Below are positions 1 to 9,438 of a stretch of DNA of 56,058 bases, piece by piece (within the stretch, counting starts at the first letter, position 1; every line of letters starts with the position of its first letter). Position numbers and translations under genes: made by a program. Source of the DNA: an uncultured Rheinheimera sp. (GTDB taxonomy: Bacteria; Pseudomonadota; Gammaproteobacteria; Enterobacterales; Alteromonadaceae). The stretch is from contig CBIMJC010000001.1 of NCBI GenBank assembly GCA_966244125.1, positions 1 to 56,058 on the forward strand, given 5' to 3'. Below the pieces are notes generated by a model. It had not been told where the DNA came from. It searched no databases and was given only the letters and a program-made list of their open reading frames with translations.

Positions 1-1853
1 AAGTTATTGACTTCAGTTGTACTTAATGATACTGTCGCTGTATCTGTAATATTACCACCTGAAACATCTATCGGCAGACGACACAGGCCGTTAGTGTCTG
101 TTCTTCTCTCAGAGCTTGAGTTGCAATTACCCACAGTGACCAAAAGTCCTCCCGTATTAGTTGAAGCATAACTGACGCTGGATGATATGATCATAAAGGG
201 CAAGCGTACGGAAGAGGCATCTTCCACCTCAAGCTGTATTACTGAGGAGCCCCGGATTGTTGTTTGCCCTGTAGTTTCAGTCATAGTCACGGGATTGATG
301 TAACTGAAACACTCCTGATTATCTATAGTAGTTGCACTGCTGCCACTTGCTTCAGCTATCACCCATACCTGAGCCGAGCCTTGAGGTAAAAAACGAGTCT
401 CAGCAGTTGCATCGACACAGCCTGCTCTGATGGTATTCTGATTGGCTGGGTAAGTAAGATAAAAAGTCGCTGCCCCGTCGGTAGTAACAGCCTGACCGCT
501 GACTAACTCTTCTTTGGCTGGATCAACCCCAGCAATCTGAGCTCCAAGTAAAGAAGCTCCTATCAGGTACTGGAGCTGGTTGGTGGTATAGGTATAAGCT
601 TTATTTACCATAAGGCTGGAGTTTTGATCCGGCAATGTGGCAACAAAACGGCTTTTATCTGCAGCCTGTGCATTTAGAAGCAATACCCTGTCCTGTGCTT
701 CGATATAGCGACTGGTGTTATTACGGGTGATCACTGCACTTTTAAATAATGCGTTGGTTAAATCAGTCAACAAGGCGGAATTTGCAGTAGTGGCGGCGTT
801 GCCGTCAGTCACAGTGCTACTGAAACCATAGTTAATCTGTGGTGGGCGGTTAGATAATAATACGCTGTCAATCACGCCTAAATTTATTACAGTACCGTCA
901 GCGACAGGGTTGCCGTATCTGTCGGTGGCAAGTAAACCGCCAATACGCCTGTAGATACCATTGCCCATATCTTCAATGGCATTTTCTCTTGGATAACTCA
1001 GGGCAATAGAGTGAGTCGGACCTGAGGCTATACTTAAAGCCGAAACAGTAGTTTGAATCACTGGGCTATAACTGGCGCCTGTATTGTCCAAAGCTTCTGC
1101 TTTTAGTTCTACTACACCAGGTAACTGACCTGAGTTCAGGGTTAAAGTCGCCACACCATTGGTGGTGGCTACATCCAGAGTTTTAGTGTTTTGTACCAAC
1201 TGACCTGAGGCCTGAGTGCCGAGTAATAACTCGCCGCCATTGGGCTGAGTGACAAAACTTACCCGCACATTATTGATGCCAGCCGGAGCATCCTGAGCAG
1301 CACCACCCGTAGAGGTTAATAAACGTACCGTAATAGTGCTGCTTTCTTTTTGTCCTACACCAGCGACATAAATAGCCCGCTCACTGGCGGCAATACTGAT
1401 ACTGGCAGGCACTGGCCGTTCAGGTTCCACAGCAGTACCGCTGATAGTGACTGTGGTTGTGGCCTGCACACCATTGACATAAGCAGTCACAGTGGCTGTG
1501 CCTGCACTTTGGCCCGGATACAAACGTACGGCGGCTATGCCATTGCCTGCGTCATTTGAACCACCCCGGCCTGTTTCAGCTGTGGTACTGCTTAAACCTG
1601 CGGTGGCGCTGAAGCTGCCTAAGGTAGTGCTGAACTGCACTGTGGCATTGCGTAATAAGGCGCCGTCAGCATCTCTGACTGTGGCGGATAAGGTCGCAAA
1701 ACGGTCCGGAAAACCTATATCCAGATTGCTGGTGCTGGCACTGACAACTACAGCTGTCGCATCTTCAGTTTTATTGGACCCCCCACAGGCGGTTAAAAAC
1801 AACATCGGCAGCAACACGAACAAACCAGACAAAAAACGCGGCAACACTGTCAT
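1..1853 (-). CDS. Ig-like (Big_1/invasin-type) repeat lipoprotein, partial (runs off the window start)
   Basis: Not in the ORF track. Read manually from ATG 1853 after an AAGGA RBS: MTVLPRFLSGLFVLLPMLFLTACGGS (lipobox LTAC), then T/A/V-rich Ig-like segments such as LSATVRDADG..V.FSTTLG and ATDRYGNPVADGTVI. The same frame is still open at the window start. Confidence 0.8.
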   Translation of the reverse strand, partial: MTVLPRFLSGLFVLLPMLFLTACGGSNKTEDATAVVVSASTSNLDIGFPDRFATLSATVRDADGALLRNATVQFSTTLGSFSATAGLSSTTAETGRGGSNDAGNGIAAVRLYPGQSAGTATVTAYVNGVQATTTVTISGTAVEPERPVPASISIAASERAIYVAGVGQKESSTITVRLLTSTGGAAQDAPAGINNVRVSFVTQPNGGELLLGTQASGQLVQNTKTLDVATTNGVATLTLNSGQLPGVVELKAEALDNTGASYSPVIQTTVSALSIASGPTHSIALSYPRENAIEDMGNGIYRRIGGLLATDRYGNPVADGTVINLGVIDSVLLSNRPPQINYGFSSTVTDGNAATTANSALLTDLTNALFKSAVITRNNTSRYIEAQDRVLLLNAQAADKSRFVATLPDQNSSLMVNKAYTYTTNQLQYLIGASLLGAQIAGVDPAKEELVSGQAVTTDGAATFYLTYPANQNTIRAGCVDATAETRFLPQGSAQVWVIAEASGSSATTIDNQECFSYINPVTMTETTGQTTIRGSSVIQLEVEDASSVRLPFMIISSSVSYASTNTGGLLVTVGNCNSSSERRTDTNGLCRLPIDVSGGNITDTATVSLSTTEVNN

Positions 1854-2016
1854 ACATCATCCTTGTAACCAGATCGTTAGCTTATGTAAAAATTTGCAGA
1901 TTTTACTGAATTCTAAAGAGGTAAGAGGCTTTTGTATAGGCTCAGCGGCAGGTACTTGAGCTTTAAAGCCGAACAGCGCATGCTGAGACTTCATTTCTCC
2001 GGAAGATCAGATTGTT

Positions 2017-2322
2017 ATGTTAATTACCTTTAAATCCACAGCCAGCGCACCAGTACAAATGTTTGGTCATATTGCGTTGCAACTATTGGAGCTAATGGGC
2101 CGCCAGCCTAAAACCCCCGGGGCTTTTTATGCCGAAGATGTGGCTGCAGCTTTGGCGCAATTGCAACTGGAGTTGTCTCTGCAGCCGGCAGAACCCATAC
2201 CTGCGTCAGCCGATCTGCAGGACGACAATCCGGCTGCTATTCCTTTGCGTAACAGAGCCTTGCCACTGATTGAATTAATGCAGGCGGCAGTGCGCGAACA
2301 AAAAGGTGTCAGCTGGGAGTAA
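2017..2322 (+). CDS. DUF1840 family protein
   Basis: MLITFKS.A...V.MFG..A..LL..MG, PGA..AEDV and L..RALPLIEL match the DUF1840 pattern. Confidence 0.8.
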   Translation: MLITFKSTASAPVQMFGHIALQLLELMGRQPKTPGAFYAEDVAAALAQLQLELSLQPAEPIPASADLQDDNPAAIPLRNRALPLIELMQAAVREQKGVSWE

Positions 2323-2486
2323 CCCTTTCCCCCCAGCCGCATAGTGAATCTATGCTCAGAGGACTCTTTCGCTTGCCGCCGCGCTGCAACTGCAATTACT
2401 TAGGGGAAACCCTAGCCTTTATGTACAGGCAATTTCTATGTCGTTGCATATACTTAAGTCAGGTTGCTGCCGTCAGGAGTTAGCTT

Positions 2487-2786
2487 ATGTTAGTTACATT
2501 CCATTCCAAAGATTCAGCCCCTGTTACCTTATTTGGTCAGGTCGCAGTGCAACTTTTACATATGATGGGACACAGTGGCAAAGTGCCGGGAGGGCTGTAT
2601 GCCGAAGATGTGGCGAAACATTTAGCCAGCCTGCAGGAAAAAATGCAGTACTGGCCCGAAGAAAGCATTATGGCCAAAACAGGCCATGGTCCTGATGCCT
2701 CCGTCAGTCTGCACCATCGTGCTTTGCCTTTAATAGAACTGCTGCAAAAGGCTGTTGCCGGACATTCTAACGTGAGTTGGGACTAA
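2487..2786 (+). CDS. DUF1840 family protein (tandem paralog)
   Basis: Same motifs as the preceding gene; shared DNA 17-mer TATGCCGAAGATGTGGC. Confidence 0.8.
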   Translation: MLVTFHSKDSAPVTLFGQVAVQLLHMMGHSGKVPGGLYAEDVAKHLASLQEKMQYWPEESIMAKTGHGPDASVSLHHRALPLIELLQKAVAGHSNVSWD

Positions 2787-2872
2787 TAACTGCCTAGTAA
2801 AAGGGGTTAAGCGGCGATCCCTGAACCAGCCAGTGCAGGGATAGGGTTTGGCCTGAGCCCAGATTTAAACAT

Positions 2873-4054
2873 CTAACCCCGTACCACTTTCTCCGCAATA
2901 AATTGCTGAATCTGAGTTTGAGAATAGCCCAGTGAAGACAGCAGTTGCTGAGCGTTTTCGCTTTCTTTAGGCGGGTTGTAACGCAGACCGAATTTTTGCT
3001 CATTCATCTCTATCGGCAAGGCTGGCAGTTTGATAGCTGAGCCATTGTCCAGATAGATATCCACTAAACCCCCTGCATTGAGGTGCGGATCACTGACCAG
3101 ATCCATTGGCTTATTCACCGGCGCGTAAGGCAAACCTATGGTATCGAGTTTTTGCATCAGGCTGTCCGTAGGCATTTGTGCAAACAGCAGCGTGAGGCGG
3201 GGAATGATCAGGTTGCGGTGATCAAAACGCCCGCTATTGCTGTCCAGTCTGGTATCGCTGGCAAAGTCAGTCAGTGCAAAAGCTTCACAGAATTTACGCC
3301 ACTGGGTGTCACTGACCACAGCCACAAAGACTTTTTCGTTGTCTGCTGTGGTAAAGGAATCGTATACCCCCCAGGCGGACTGACGTACTGACATAGGAGG
3401 AGGTTCGACCCCACTGATGGCACCTTGAGCTATATGCTGCCCAACCAAAAAGGCTGTGGTTTCAAACAAAGCACTTTGCACCTTTTTACCAAGACCGGTG
3501 CGATGTTTTTCCTGTAAGGCGGCAAGAATACCAATAACACCAAACATGGCGCCTGTGATGTCGATCACCGAAGCACCGGCCCGCATGGGCTTGTCAGGCA
3601 GGCCTGTCATATAGGCTAAGCCACCCATCATTTGTGCCACTTCGTCCAGCGCAGTGCGGTGCTCGTAAGGGCCTGATAAAAAACCTTTTAATGAACAGTA
3701 CACTATGCCCGGATGCTTTGCGGACAGACTGTGGTAATCCAGAGCATATTTCTCCAGTGCGTCGGGACGGAAGTTTTCAATCACCACATCGGCTGTGGCG
3801 ACCAGCTCTGTGACGAGCTGCAACCCCTGAGCTGTGTCCAAATCAACACAAAGGCTCTTTTTATTGCGGTTATACATAGAGAAATAACCAGCGCCAGAAC
3901 CTTTCAGCCGTCTGGTATTGTCGCCTTTCAGCGGCTCCACTTTGATCACTTCTGCTCCCAGGTCGGCCAAAATCAGGCCAGTCGCCGGGCCCATCACCAT
4001 ATGGCTGAACTCTATTACCCGAATCCCCTGTAAGGGTTGAACACTATGCTGCAT
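2873..4054 (-). CDS. CaiB/BaiF (family III) CoA-transferase, copy 1
   Basis: PLQGIRVIEF, LADLGAEVIKVEP, NRNKKS, ENFRP, catalytic D in SVIDITG. Confidence 0.93.
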   Translation of the reverse strand: MQHSVQPLQGIRVIEFSHMVMGPATGLILADLGAEVIKVEPLKGDNTRRLKGSGAGYFSMYNRNKKSLCVDLDTAQGLQLVTELVATADVVIENFRPDALEKYALDYHSLSAKHPGIVYCSLKGFLSGPYEHRTALDEVAQMMGGLAYMTGLPDKPMRAGASVIDITGAMFGVIGILAALQEKHRTGLGKKVQSALFETTAFLVGQHIAQGAISGVEPPPMSVRQSAWGVYDSFTTADNEKVFVAVVSDTQWRKFCEAFALTDFASDTRLDSNSGRFDHRNLIIPRLTLLFAQMPTDSLMQKLDTIGLPYAPVNKPMDLVSDPHLNAGGLVDIYLDNGSAIKLPALPIEMNEQKFGLRYNPPKESENAQQLLSSLGYSQTQIQQFIAEKVVRG

Positions 4055-4106
4055 CTTTGTCCGTCCGTTGCTCTGAACTAAATAAAACTGGTTATGAAAG
4101 ATTTAA

Positions 4107-4124
4107 TGATATAATCTTATATCA
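4107..4124. promoter_or_regulatory. Island operator palindrome, site 1 (TGATATAATCTTATATCA)
   Basis: Perfect 8-bp arms in the divergent gap; motif recurs at 8 other intergenic sites. Confidence 0.8.
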
Positions 4125-4150
4125 ATTGAGGCTTGGGTGTAAGCCCTATT

Positions 4151-4278
4151 TATACCCAAGTTACTTGAAGTTTCGGCGAGGCGACAAGCTAGTGAGACCC
4201 CAGGAGCATAGTAAACCTATGTGACTGGGGCGAGATGGCGCAGTCAACAAAGCGGCAACTTCAAGGACGAAGGGTATA
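4151..4278. repeat. ERIC/IRU-type miniature inverted-repeat element
   Basis: 128 bp with TATACCC...GGGTATA ends and the central core GTGAGACCCCAGGAGCATAGTAAACCTATGTGACTGGGG, matching the ERIC core. Confidence 0.85.
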
Positions 4279-4318
4279 TCCGGATCATGTGTTTTGCTGC
4301 AGAGGGTAAAGAAACCAG

Positions 4319-5248
4319 ATGAGTAAGGTCGATATTCTGATCAGTGAAGTGGGTCCGCGTGACGGACTGCAAAGTATTGCCAGCATTATGCCAACGGCAG
4401 CGAAAAAACAGTGGATCAGCGCTTTAGCGGCCGCTGGTCTGCGCGAAATTGAAGTGGGTTCTTTTGTGCCCGCCACAGTCTTACCGCAACTGGCGGATAC
4501 AGCTGAACTGGTGGCTCATGGCCGCACTATTGAGGGCCTGCACATTGCGGTGCTGGTGCCTAATCTGCGGGGGGCTCAAAGTGCTATCGCTGCGGGAGCG
4601 CATAAAATCAGTATCCCCTTGTCCGTCAGCGAAACCCATAGCCTGCGCAACGTCAAACGTACCCATGGCCAAATGCTGGAAGAAATTGCCCGCATCGCCG
4701 AACTGGTCAAAGCTCAGCCTGCAGCTGTGCGCCCGCATTTTGAAGTAGGACTGTCGACCGCTTTTGGTTGTAGCCTTGAAGGACCAGTGTCTGAATCTTT
4801 GGTGGTGCAACTGGCGGAAGCAGCACTTGGCGCAGGTTGTGATGAAGTGGGCCTGTCGGATACGACTGGCAGCGCCAATCCGGCACAGCTGCGCCGTTTG
4901 GTTGGCAAAGTCTGGTCTGCGGTAGGCAAAGACAAACTTTGTGGTGTGCATCTGCACAATACCCGTGGTCAGGGGTTAGCCAATGCACTGGCTGCCATCG
5001 ACATGGGCATTAGCACTGTCGATGCGTCTATGGGCGGCATTGGTGGTTGTCCGGCAGCGCCCGGTGCCAGTGGCAATATTGTCACCGAAGATCTGGTGTT
5101 TTTGCTGGAGTCTATGGGGCTGGAAACCGGCATTAACTTTGCCGCCTTATGTGCAGCCCGCGGGGTGTTTGCCTCAGCCATGCCCGGCACTGAACTTTAT
5201 GGTTTTACCCCCCTGGCTGGTTTACCCAAAGGATTAGAGATCAACTGA
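4319..5248 (+). CDS. HMG-CoA lyase family (DRE-TIM) acyl-CoA lyase, copy 1
   Basis: [16 protein letters not shown] metal motif, GGCP. Confidence 0.9.
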   Translation: MSKVDILISEVGPRDGLQSIASIMPTAAKKQWISALAAAGLREIEVGSFVPATVLPQLADTAELVAHGRTIEGLHIAVLVPNLRGAQSAIAAGAHKISIPLSVSETHSLRNVKRTHGQMLEEIARIAELVKAQPAAVRPHFEVGLSTAFGCSLEGPVSESLVVQLAEAALGAGCDEVGLSDTTGSANPAQLRRLVGKVWSAVGKDKLCGVHLHNTRGQGLANALAAIDMGISTVDASMGGIGGCPAAPGASGNIVTEDLVFLLESMGLETGINFAALCAARGVFASAMPGTELYGFTPLAGLPKGLEIN

Positions 5249-6654
5249 TGGCACAGACCTTATTCGATAAATTATGGGCCGATCACGAAGTGATGGTGCT
5301 GGAAGACAATCTGTCTCTGCTGTACATAGACCGGATTTTTTTGCATGAACGCACAGGCTCTGTTGCCCTGGAAAGTCTGGTGGCTGCAGGCCGTGCTGTG
5401 CTTAATCCGGAAAAAGTGTTCTGCAGCATGGACCATATAGTAGACACCCATCAGGGCAGAACAGACGACACCCTGGTGCCCAGTGGCAAAGAATTTATTC
5501 AGTCGACCCGCAAAGCGACTCAGGCGGCAGGTATCCGGCTTTTTGATATGGATGATCCTATGCAAGGCATAGTGCATGTGATTTCGCCTGAACTCGGCAT
5601 AGTGCAACCAGGTTGTACCCTGATTTGCCCGGACAGCCATACCTGTTCTCAAGGCGCTTTGGGAGCATTGGCCTGGGGCGTTGGCTCCAGTGAGGCTGAG
5701 CATGCCTTAGCCACCAATACGTTGGTGGTGCAGCGGCCAAAAAACATGAGGGTGAATCTGACAGGTGTGCTGGCGCCCGGCGTGACGGCCAAAGATGTGA
5801 TTCTGCAGCTGATTGCCCAGTATGGCGCAGCGGGTGGCACAGGTTATGCCATTGAATTTGCCGGTGAGGTGATTGATGCGCTGAGCATTGAAGCGCGCTT
5901 AACCTTATGCAATATGGCGGTGGAGTTTTCCGCCTTTACCGCCCTGATAGCCCCTGATCACAAGACCTTAGAGTACCTTGAAGGCAAAGCTTATGCGCCG
6001 CAAGGCGATAGCTGGCTGCAAGCCAAACAACACTGGGATAACCTGTTCAGTGATCATGATGCCCGCTTTGACAAAGAACTGAGCCTGGATTGCAGCCAAC
6101 TGGCACCAGTGGTCAGTTGGGGCACCAGTCCGCAACATGCCTGTGCCGTCACAGCTACTGTGCCTGTGGTGCCAGAGGCGTCAGCTGGCAGCGACCAGAG
6201 CAGTTATTTGCGGGCTTATCGTTATATGGATCTTGAGCCCGGGCAGGCGCTGACCAGTCTGGCCATTGATGCCGCCTTTATTGGCTCCTGCACCAACAGC
6301 CGCATCAGCGACCTGCGTGAAGCTGCCGCCATTTTGCATGGGCGTAAAGTGGCGGACGGGGTCAAAGCTATTTGTGTGCCCGGTTCCAAAGCTGTTAAAC
6401 GTATGGCAGAAGCTGAAGGGTTGGACCAAATCTTTATCGCTGCAGGTTTTGAGTGGCGTGAACCTGGTTGTTCTATGTGCTTTTTTGCCGGTGGCGAAAA
6501 TTTTGGTTTTCAAAAACGGGTGGTCAGCAGTACCAATCGCAATTTTGAAGGCCGGCAAGGGCCGGAAACCCGCACTCATTTAGCCAGCCCTGTCACTGTG
6601 GCAGCTTCGGCTATTGCGGGCCGGATCGCGGATCCAAGGGAGTATTTGCCATGA
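5248..6654 (+). CDS. leuC: LeuC-like [4Fe-4S] hydratase large subunit, copy 1 (probably catabolic)
   Basis: [30 protein letters not shown]; non-canonical HERTGS where LeuC usually has HEVTS; no leuA/leuB nearby. Confidence 0.9.
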   Translation: MAQTLFDKLWADHEVMVLEDNLSLLYIDRIFLHERTGSVALESLVAAGRAVLNPEKVFCSMDHIVDTHQGRTDDTLVPSGKEFIQSTRKATQAAGIRLFDMDDPMQGIVHVISPELGIVQPGCTLICPDSHTCSQGALGALAWGVGSSEAEHALATNTLVVQRPKNMRVNLTGVLAPGVTAKDVILQLIAQYGAAGGTGYAIEFAGEVIDALSIEARLTLCNMAVEFSAFTALIAPDHKTLEYLEGKAYAPQGDSWLQAKQHWDNLFSDHDARFDKELSLDCSQLAPVVSWGTSPQHACAVTATVPVVPEASAGSDQSSYLRAYRYMDLEPGQALTSLAIDAAFIGSCTNSRISDLREAAAILHGRKVADGVKAICVPGSKAVKRMAEAEGLDQIFIAAGFEWREPGCSMCFFAGGENFGFQKRVVSSTNRNFEGRQGPETRTHLASPVTVAASAIAGRIADPREYLP

Positions 6655-7289
6655 CACCTTTTGTCACTCATAGCGGCGTGGCGGCGGCCCTGCTGCGCAC
6701 CAATATAGACACTGACGCCATTATTCCGTCACGGGAAATGAAACTGGTATCCAAACAAGGTTTGGCTGAAGGTTTGTTTGCCGGCTGGCGTTATACGCAA
6801 GTGGGCGGCCGTGAACCCAACCCGGAATTTATTCTGAATCAGGCGGCTTATCAGGGCACCAGTATTTTGCTGGCAGGAAAAAACTTTGGTTGTGGTTCGT
6901 CGCGTGAACATGCGGTCTGGGCTTTGGCTGAATATGGCATCCGCGCCATTATTGCGCCGAGCTTTGGTGCCATTTTTTATGGCAATTGTATCCGCAATGG
7001 CATTCTGCCTTTGTGCCTGCCTGATGAAGTCATAGTGGCGATGGCGGCACAAATTCAGCAGCCGCAACAGCATAAAATCCAGATTGATTTGGCGCGCCGT
7101 CAGGTGACGGCCGTGGACGGCTCTGTGTATGAATTCAGCATAGCCCCATCATGCCAGTTGATGTTACTGGAAGGCCTGGATCAGATAGGTTTAACGCTGA
7201 AACGCTCTGAGCATATAGCCGCTTTTGAGTCGGACTATAAAAAACGCCGCCACTGGTTGTTTGAATTGCCAGCCACTGTTACGGGCTAA
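6651..7289 (+). CDS. leuD: LeuD-like hydratase small subunit, copy 1
   Basis: NIDTDAIIP, NFGCGSSREHAVWAL; ATGA overlap with leuC. Confidence 0.9.
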   Translation: MTPFVTHSGVAAALLRTNIDTDAIIPSREMKLVSKQGLAEGLFAGWRYTQVGGREPNPEFILNQAAYQGTSILLAGKNFGCGSSREHAVWALAEYGIRAIIAPSFGAIFYGNCIRNGILPLCLPDEVIVAMAAQIQQPQQHKIQIDLARRQVTAVDGSVYEFSIAPSCQLMLLEGLDQIGLTLKRSEHIAAFESDYKKRRHWLFELPATVTG

Positions 7290-7394
7290 GCAACACATAG
7301 AGATTTGATTATACGAGTCATAAAAACTCGCTATTTTTCGACAGCTTAGAGCTGTGATTAATATAGACAGACCAATAAGTTGAAGGGGAAGTTT

Positions 7395-8285
7395 ATGCGT
7401 CCGCATGTAGAAATGGTTGATGAAAAAGATTTGATCTGGCACCCGTCTGAACTGATGGGTGGCACAGGCTCTGCCCGGCAGCGTAACTTAAGTTATGACG
7501 AAGAAGATGGTTCAGTCTCTGCCAAGGTGTTGTTTGATACGGACTGGACCAGACCTGCTGGGGTGCATATAGCACAAACCGAATGGTATGTACTGAGCGG
7601 TGAAGTTCGTATTGGCGATGAACTGCTAACCGAAGGCGGCTATTGGTGCACTCCGCCTGGCATTCTGTGTCCGGCATTAACGGTCAAAGCTGGTACCGAG
7701 ATCCTGTATTTCCGCGAATTTGGCACCTGGGAATTTGAAGTTGCTGACAAAAGCAAAGACACAGTGCGGCCGGACCAAAAACTGGTGATCAAACACAGTG
7801 ACAAAATGGACTGGATCCCGGTGGAAATAGGCAGCCCAATGGACTTTTCCGCTGGTGGAACTCCGGTACCGGGGCTATTTATTAAATTGTTGTTCCGCGA
7901 CGAAAAAACTGATTTTTACACCCGTCTGATCCGGGCCAAGCCGGGTTGGGTGGAGCATCCTTTAGCGCATCACCCGGTCTACGAAGAGGCTTACACTTTA
8001 GAAGGCTCGTTTGAGTTTAACTTTGGTCAGCAGTGGCCGGGCGTGTATTTTTTCCGTCCAGCCTTAGTGCGTCATGGTGATTTCCGCTCTGGTCCTGAAG
8101 GCACCACCTGGTTATTACGTTGTGATGGCCGCCTGGTGGACTGGTATACCGACAATGCCAAAATGGAAATGCACGGCGACCCGGTGAACTGGGGACCTGC
8201 TTACCCCGGTACTCAGGCACCGGTTCCACTGCAGCCTGTGCGCTCTCGTTCCATAGGGCCTATGAAGGATCCCTATTACACCTGA
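7395..8285 (+). CDS. Double cupin (DUF4437/ChrR-like) protein
   Basis: Two cupin-like halves (GVH....EWYVLSG; HHPVYEEAYTLEG...YFFRP..VRHG); ATG 7395 after a GAAGGGG RBS. Confidence 0.7.
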   Translation: MRPHVEMVDEKDLIWHPSELMGGTGSARQRNLSYDEEDGSVSAKVLFDTDWTRPAGVHIAQTEWYVLSGEVRIGDELLTEGGYWCTPPGILCPALTVKAGTEILYFREFGTWEFEVADKSKDTVRPDQKLVIKHSDKMDWIPVEIGSPMDFSAGGTPVPGLFIKLLFRDEKTDFYTRLIRAKPGWVEHPLAHHPVYEEAYTLEGSFEFNFGQQWPGVYFFRPALVRHGDFRSGPEGTTWLLRCDGRLVDWYTDNAKMEMHGDPVNWGPAYPGTQAPVPLQPVRSRSIGPMKDPYYT

Positions 8286-8294
8286 TCTTGTATG

Positions 8295-8312
8295 CCCCCT
8301 CTGGTAAGGGGG
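8295..8312. terminator. Short hairpin between convergent genes
   Basis: CCCCCT-CTGGTA-AGGGGG; no clear U-tract. Confidence 0.35.
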
Positions 8313-9308
8313 TTAGAAGGTCGGCAGTTTAGGTTGCTGATGGTCTTCCCAATAACGGGTGGCTTCTTCCACCATATTTTTACCTTCACCCAGCAAATAA
8401 TCCCGGCACAGCTGGGCGATGACGGAAAAATCTTTGTGCTGACGGTGTACCACATACCAGTGGTCCGTCAGTGGAAAGCCAGCTATCGGCAGTTGTACTA
8501 AATCTTGTTGCTGGCCATGGTCCAGACTTAAAGCCGGTACTATGGCAATACCCATTCGCGCCAATACCGCATGCTTAATGCCTTCGTTGCTGGCAATCAC
8601 TATATGCTTGTTTATGCTGTAGCCTGATGCGGCCAATAGCTTTTCTGTGGCTATACGGGTGCCGGATGCGGCTTCGCGCAGAATAAACTGCTCATTGGCC
8701 AGGTCTTGCCAGCTCAGGCTGGTGCGGCTGGCCAGCGGGTGTGACTGTGCTGCTATAGCCACCAGATGATTAACGCCCATAGGTGTCACCATCAGGCCCG
8801 GGTCTTGCGGCGGGTCGCCAAAAATATACAGATCATCCAGATTCTGCTGCAGTCGTTCCAGCATTGCTTTGCTATTGCCAAATTGCAGTGACAACTCAAG
8901 TTGTGGGTAACGGCGACAGAAAGGGCCGAGTAAATGCGGGCTGAAATATTCGGCTGAACTGACAATACCCAGGCTTAGTTTGCCGATCAGTGCATCCTGC
9001 AGTTGGTACAAAGCCGCTTCGAGCCTGTTGGTGCAGTCAAATATCTCACGGGCATGGGCCACCACCATTTCACCGGCATGGGTCAGTATGATGCGTCGTC
9101 CGGCCATTTCGTAAAGTGGCAGGCCAATGCCTTCAGACAACTTACGCATTTGCATGGAAACACTGGGCTGACTCAGGTGCAGGCGTTCGGCGGCGGCGAC
9201 AATACCGCCGGTTTCGGCCACAGCCAGCAAAATTTCCAGCTGGCGAAAGGTGCCGATGCGGGAGGCTAATCTGCCTTTAGGAAACAAAGCGGTCATCTGA
9301 GCCTGCAC
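8313..9308 (-). CDS. LysR-family regulator (CbbR/CmpR-like)
   Basis: TFRQL..AVA..G...AAERLHLSQPSVSMQ HTH; VSSAEYF.P.LLG.F; FILRE..SGTR; SNEGIK. Confidence 0.9.
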   Translation of the reverse strand: MQAQMTALFPKGRLASRIGTFRQLEILLAVAETGGIVAAAERLHLSQPSVSMQMRKLSEGIGLPLYEMAGRRIILTHAGEMVVAHAREIFDCTNRLEAALYQLQDALIGKLSLGIVSSAEYFSPHLLGPFCRRYPQLELSLQFGNSKAMLERLQQNLDDLYIFGDPPQDPGLMVTPMGVNHLVAIAAQSHPLASRTSLSWQDLANEQFILREAASGTRIATEKLLAASGYSINKHIVIASNEGIKHAVLARMGIAIVPALSLDHGQQQDLVQLPIAGFPLTDHWYVVHRQHKDFSVIAQLCRDYLLGEGKNMVEEATRYWEDHQQPKLPTF

Positions 9309-9371
9309 AATAATGTCGGTCTTGATGTCGTTTTACACATGGAGTTCACCTTAAACCCAGGGATTTACCAT

Positions 9372-9400
9372 AAAAAAAGCACCAATCAGTATTGGTGCTC
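9372..9400 (-). terminator. Rho-independent terminator of the TonB-dependent receptor gene
   Basis: Minus strand AGCACCAAT-ACTG-ATTGGTGCT followed by a T-run. Confidence 0.8.
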
Positions 9401-9438
9401 CGGAGGATGTTACAGTCACACAGTCATAACACTGCGGA

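Noticed and set aside
1350-1959. Plus-strand ORFs 1350-1559 and 1492-1959, and the many other short antisense or overlapping ORFs in the track (e.g. 42033-42812, 32463-32993, 35869-36423)
   Set aside because: They are shadows of well-supported genes on the opposite strand or another frame, with no motifs or RBS.
5248-7289. Leucine biosynthesis operon (also 41394-43471)
   Set aside because: No leuA, leuB or leader peptide. Both copies sit with a CoA-transferase and a lyase under the island operator, and copy 1 has altered substrate motifs.
7300-7380. Possible tenth operator upstream of the cupin gene
   Set aside because: The best match (TGTGATTAATATAGACA) has the wrong spacing and several mismatches.
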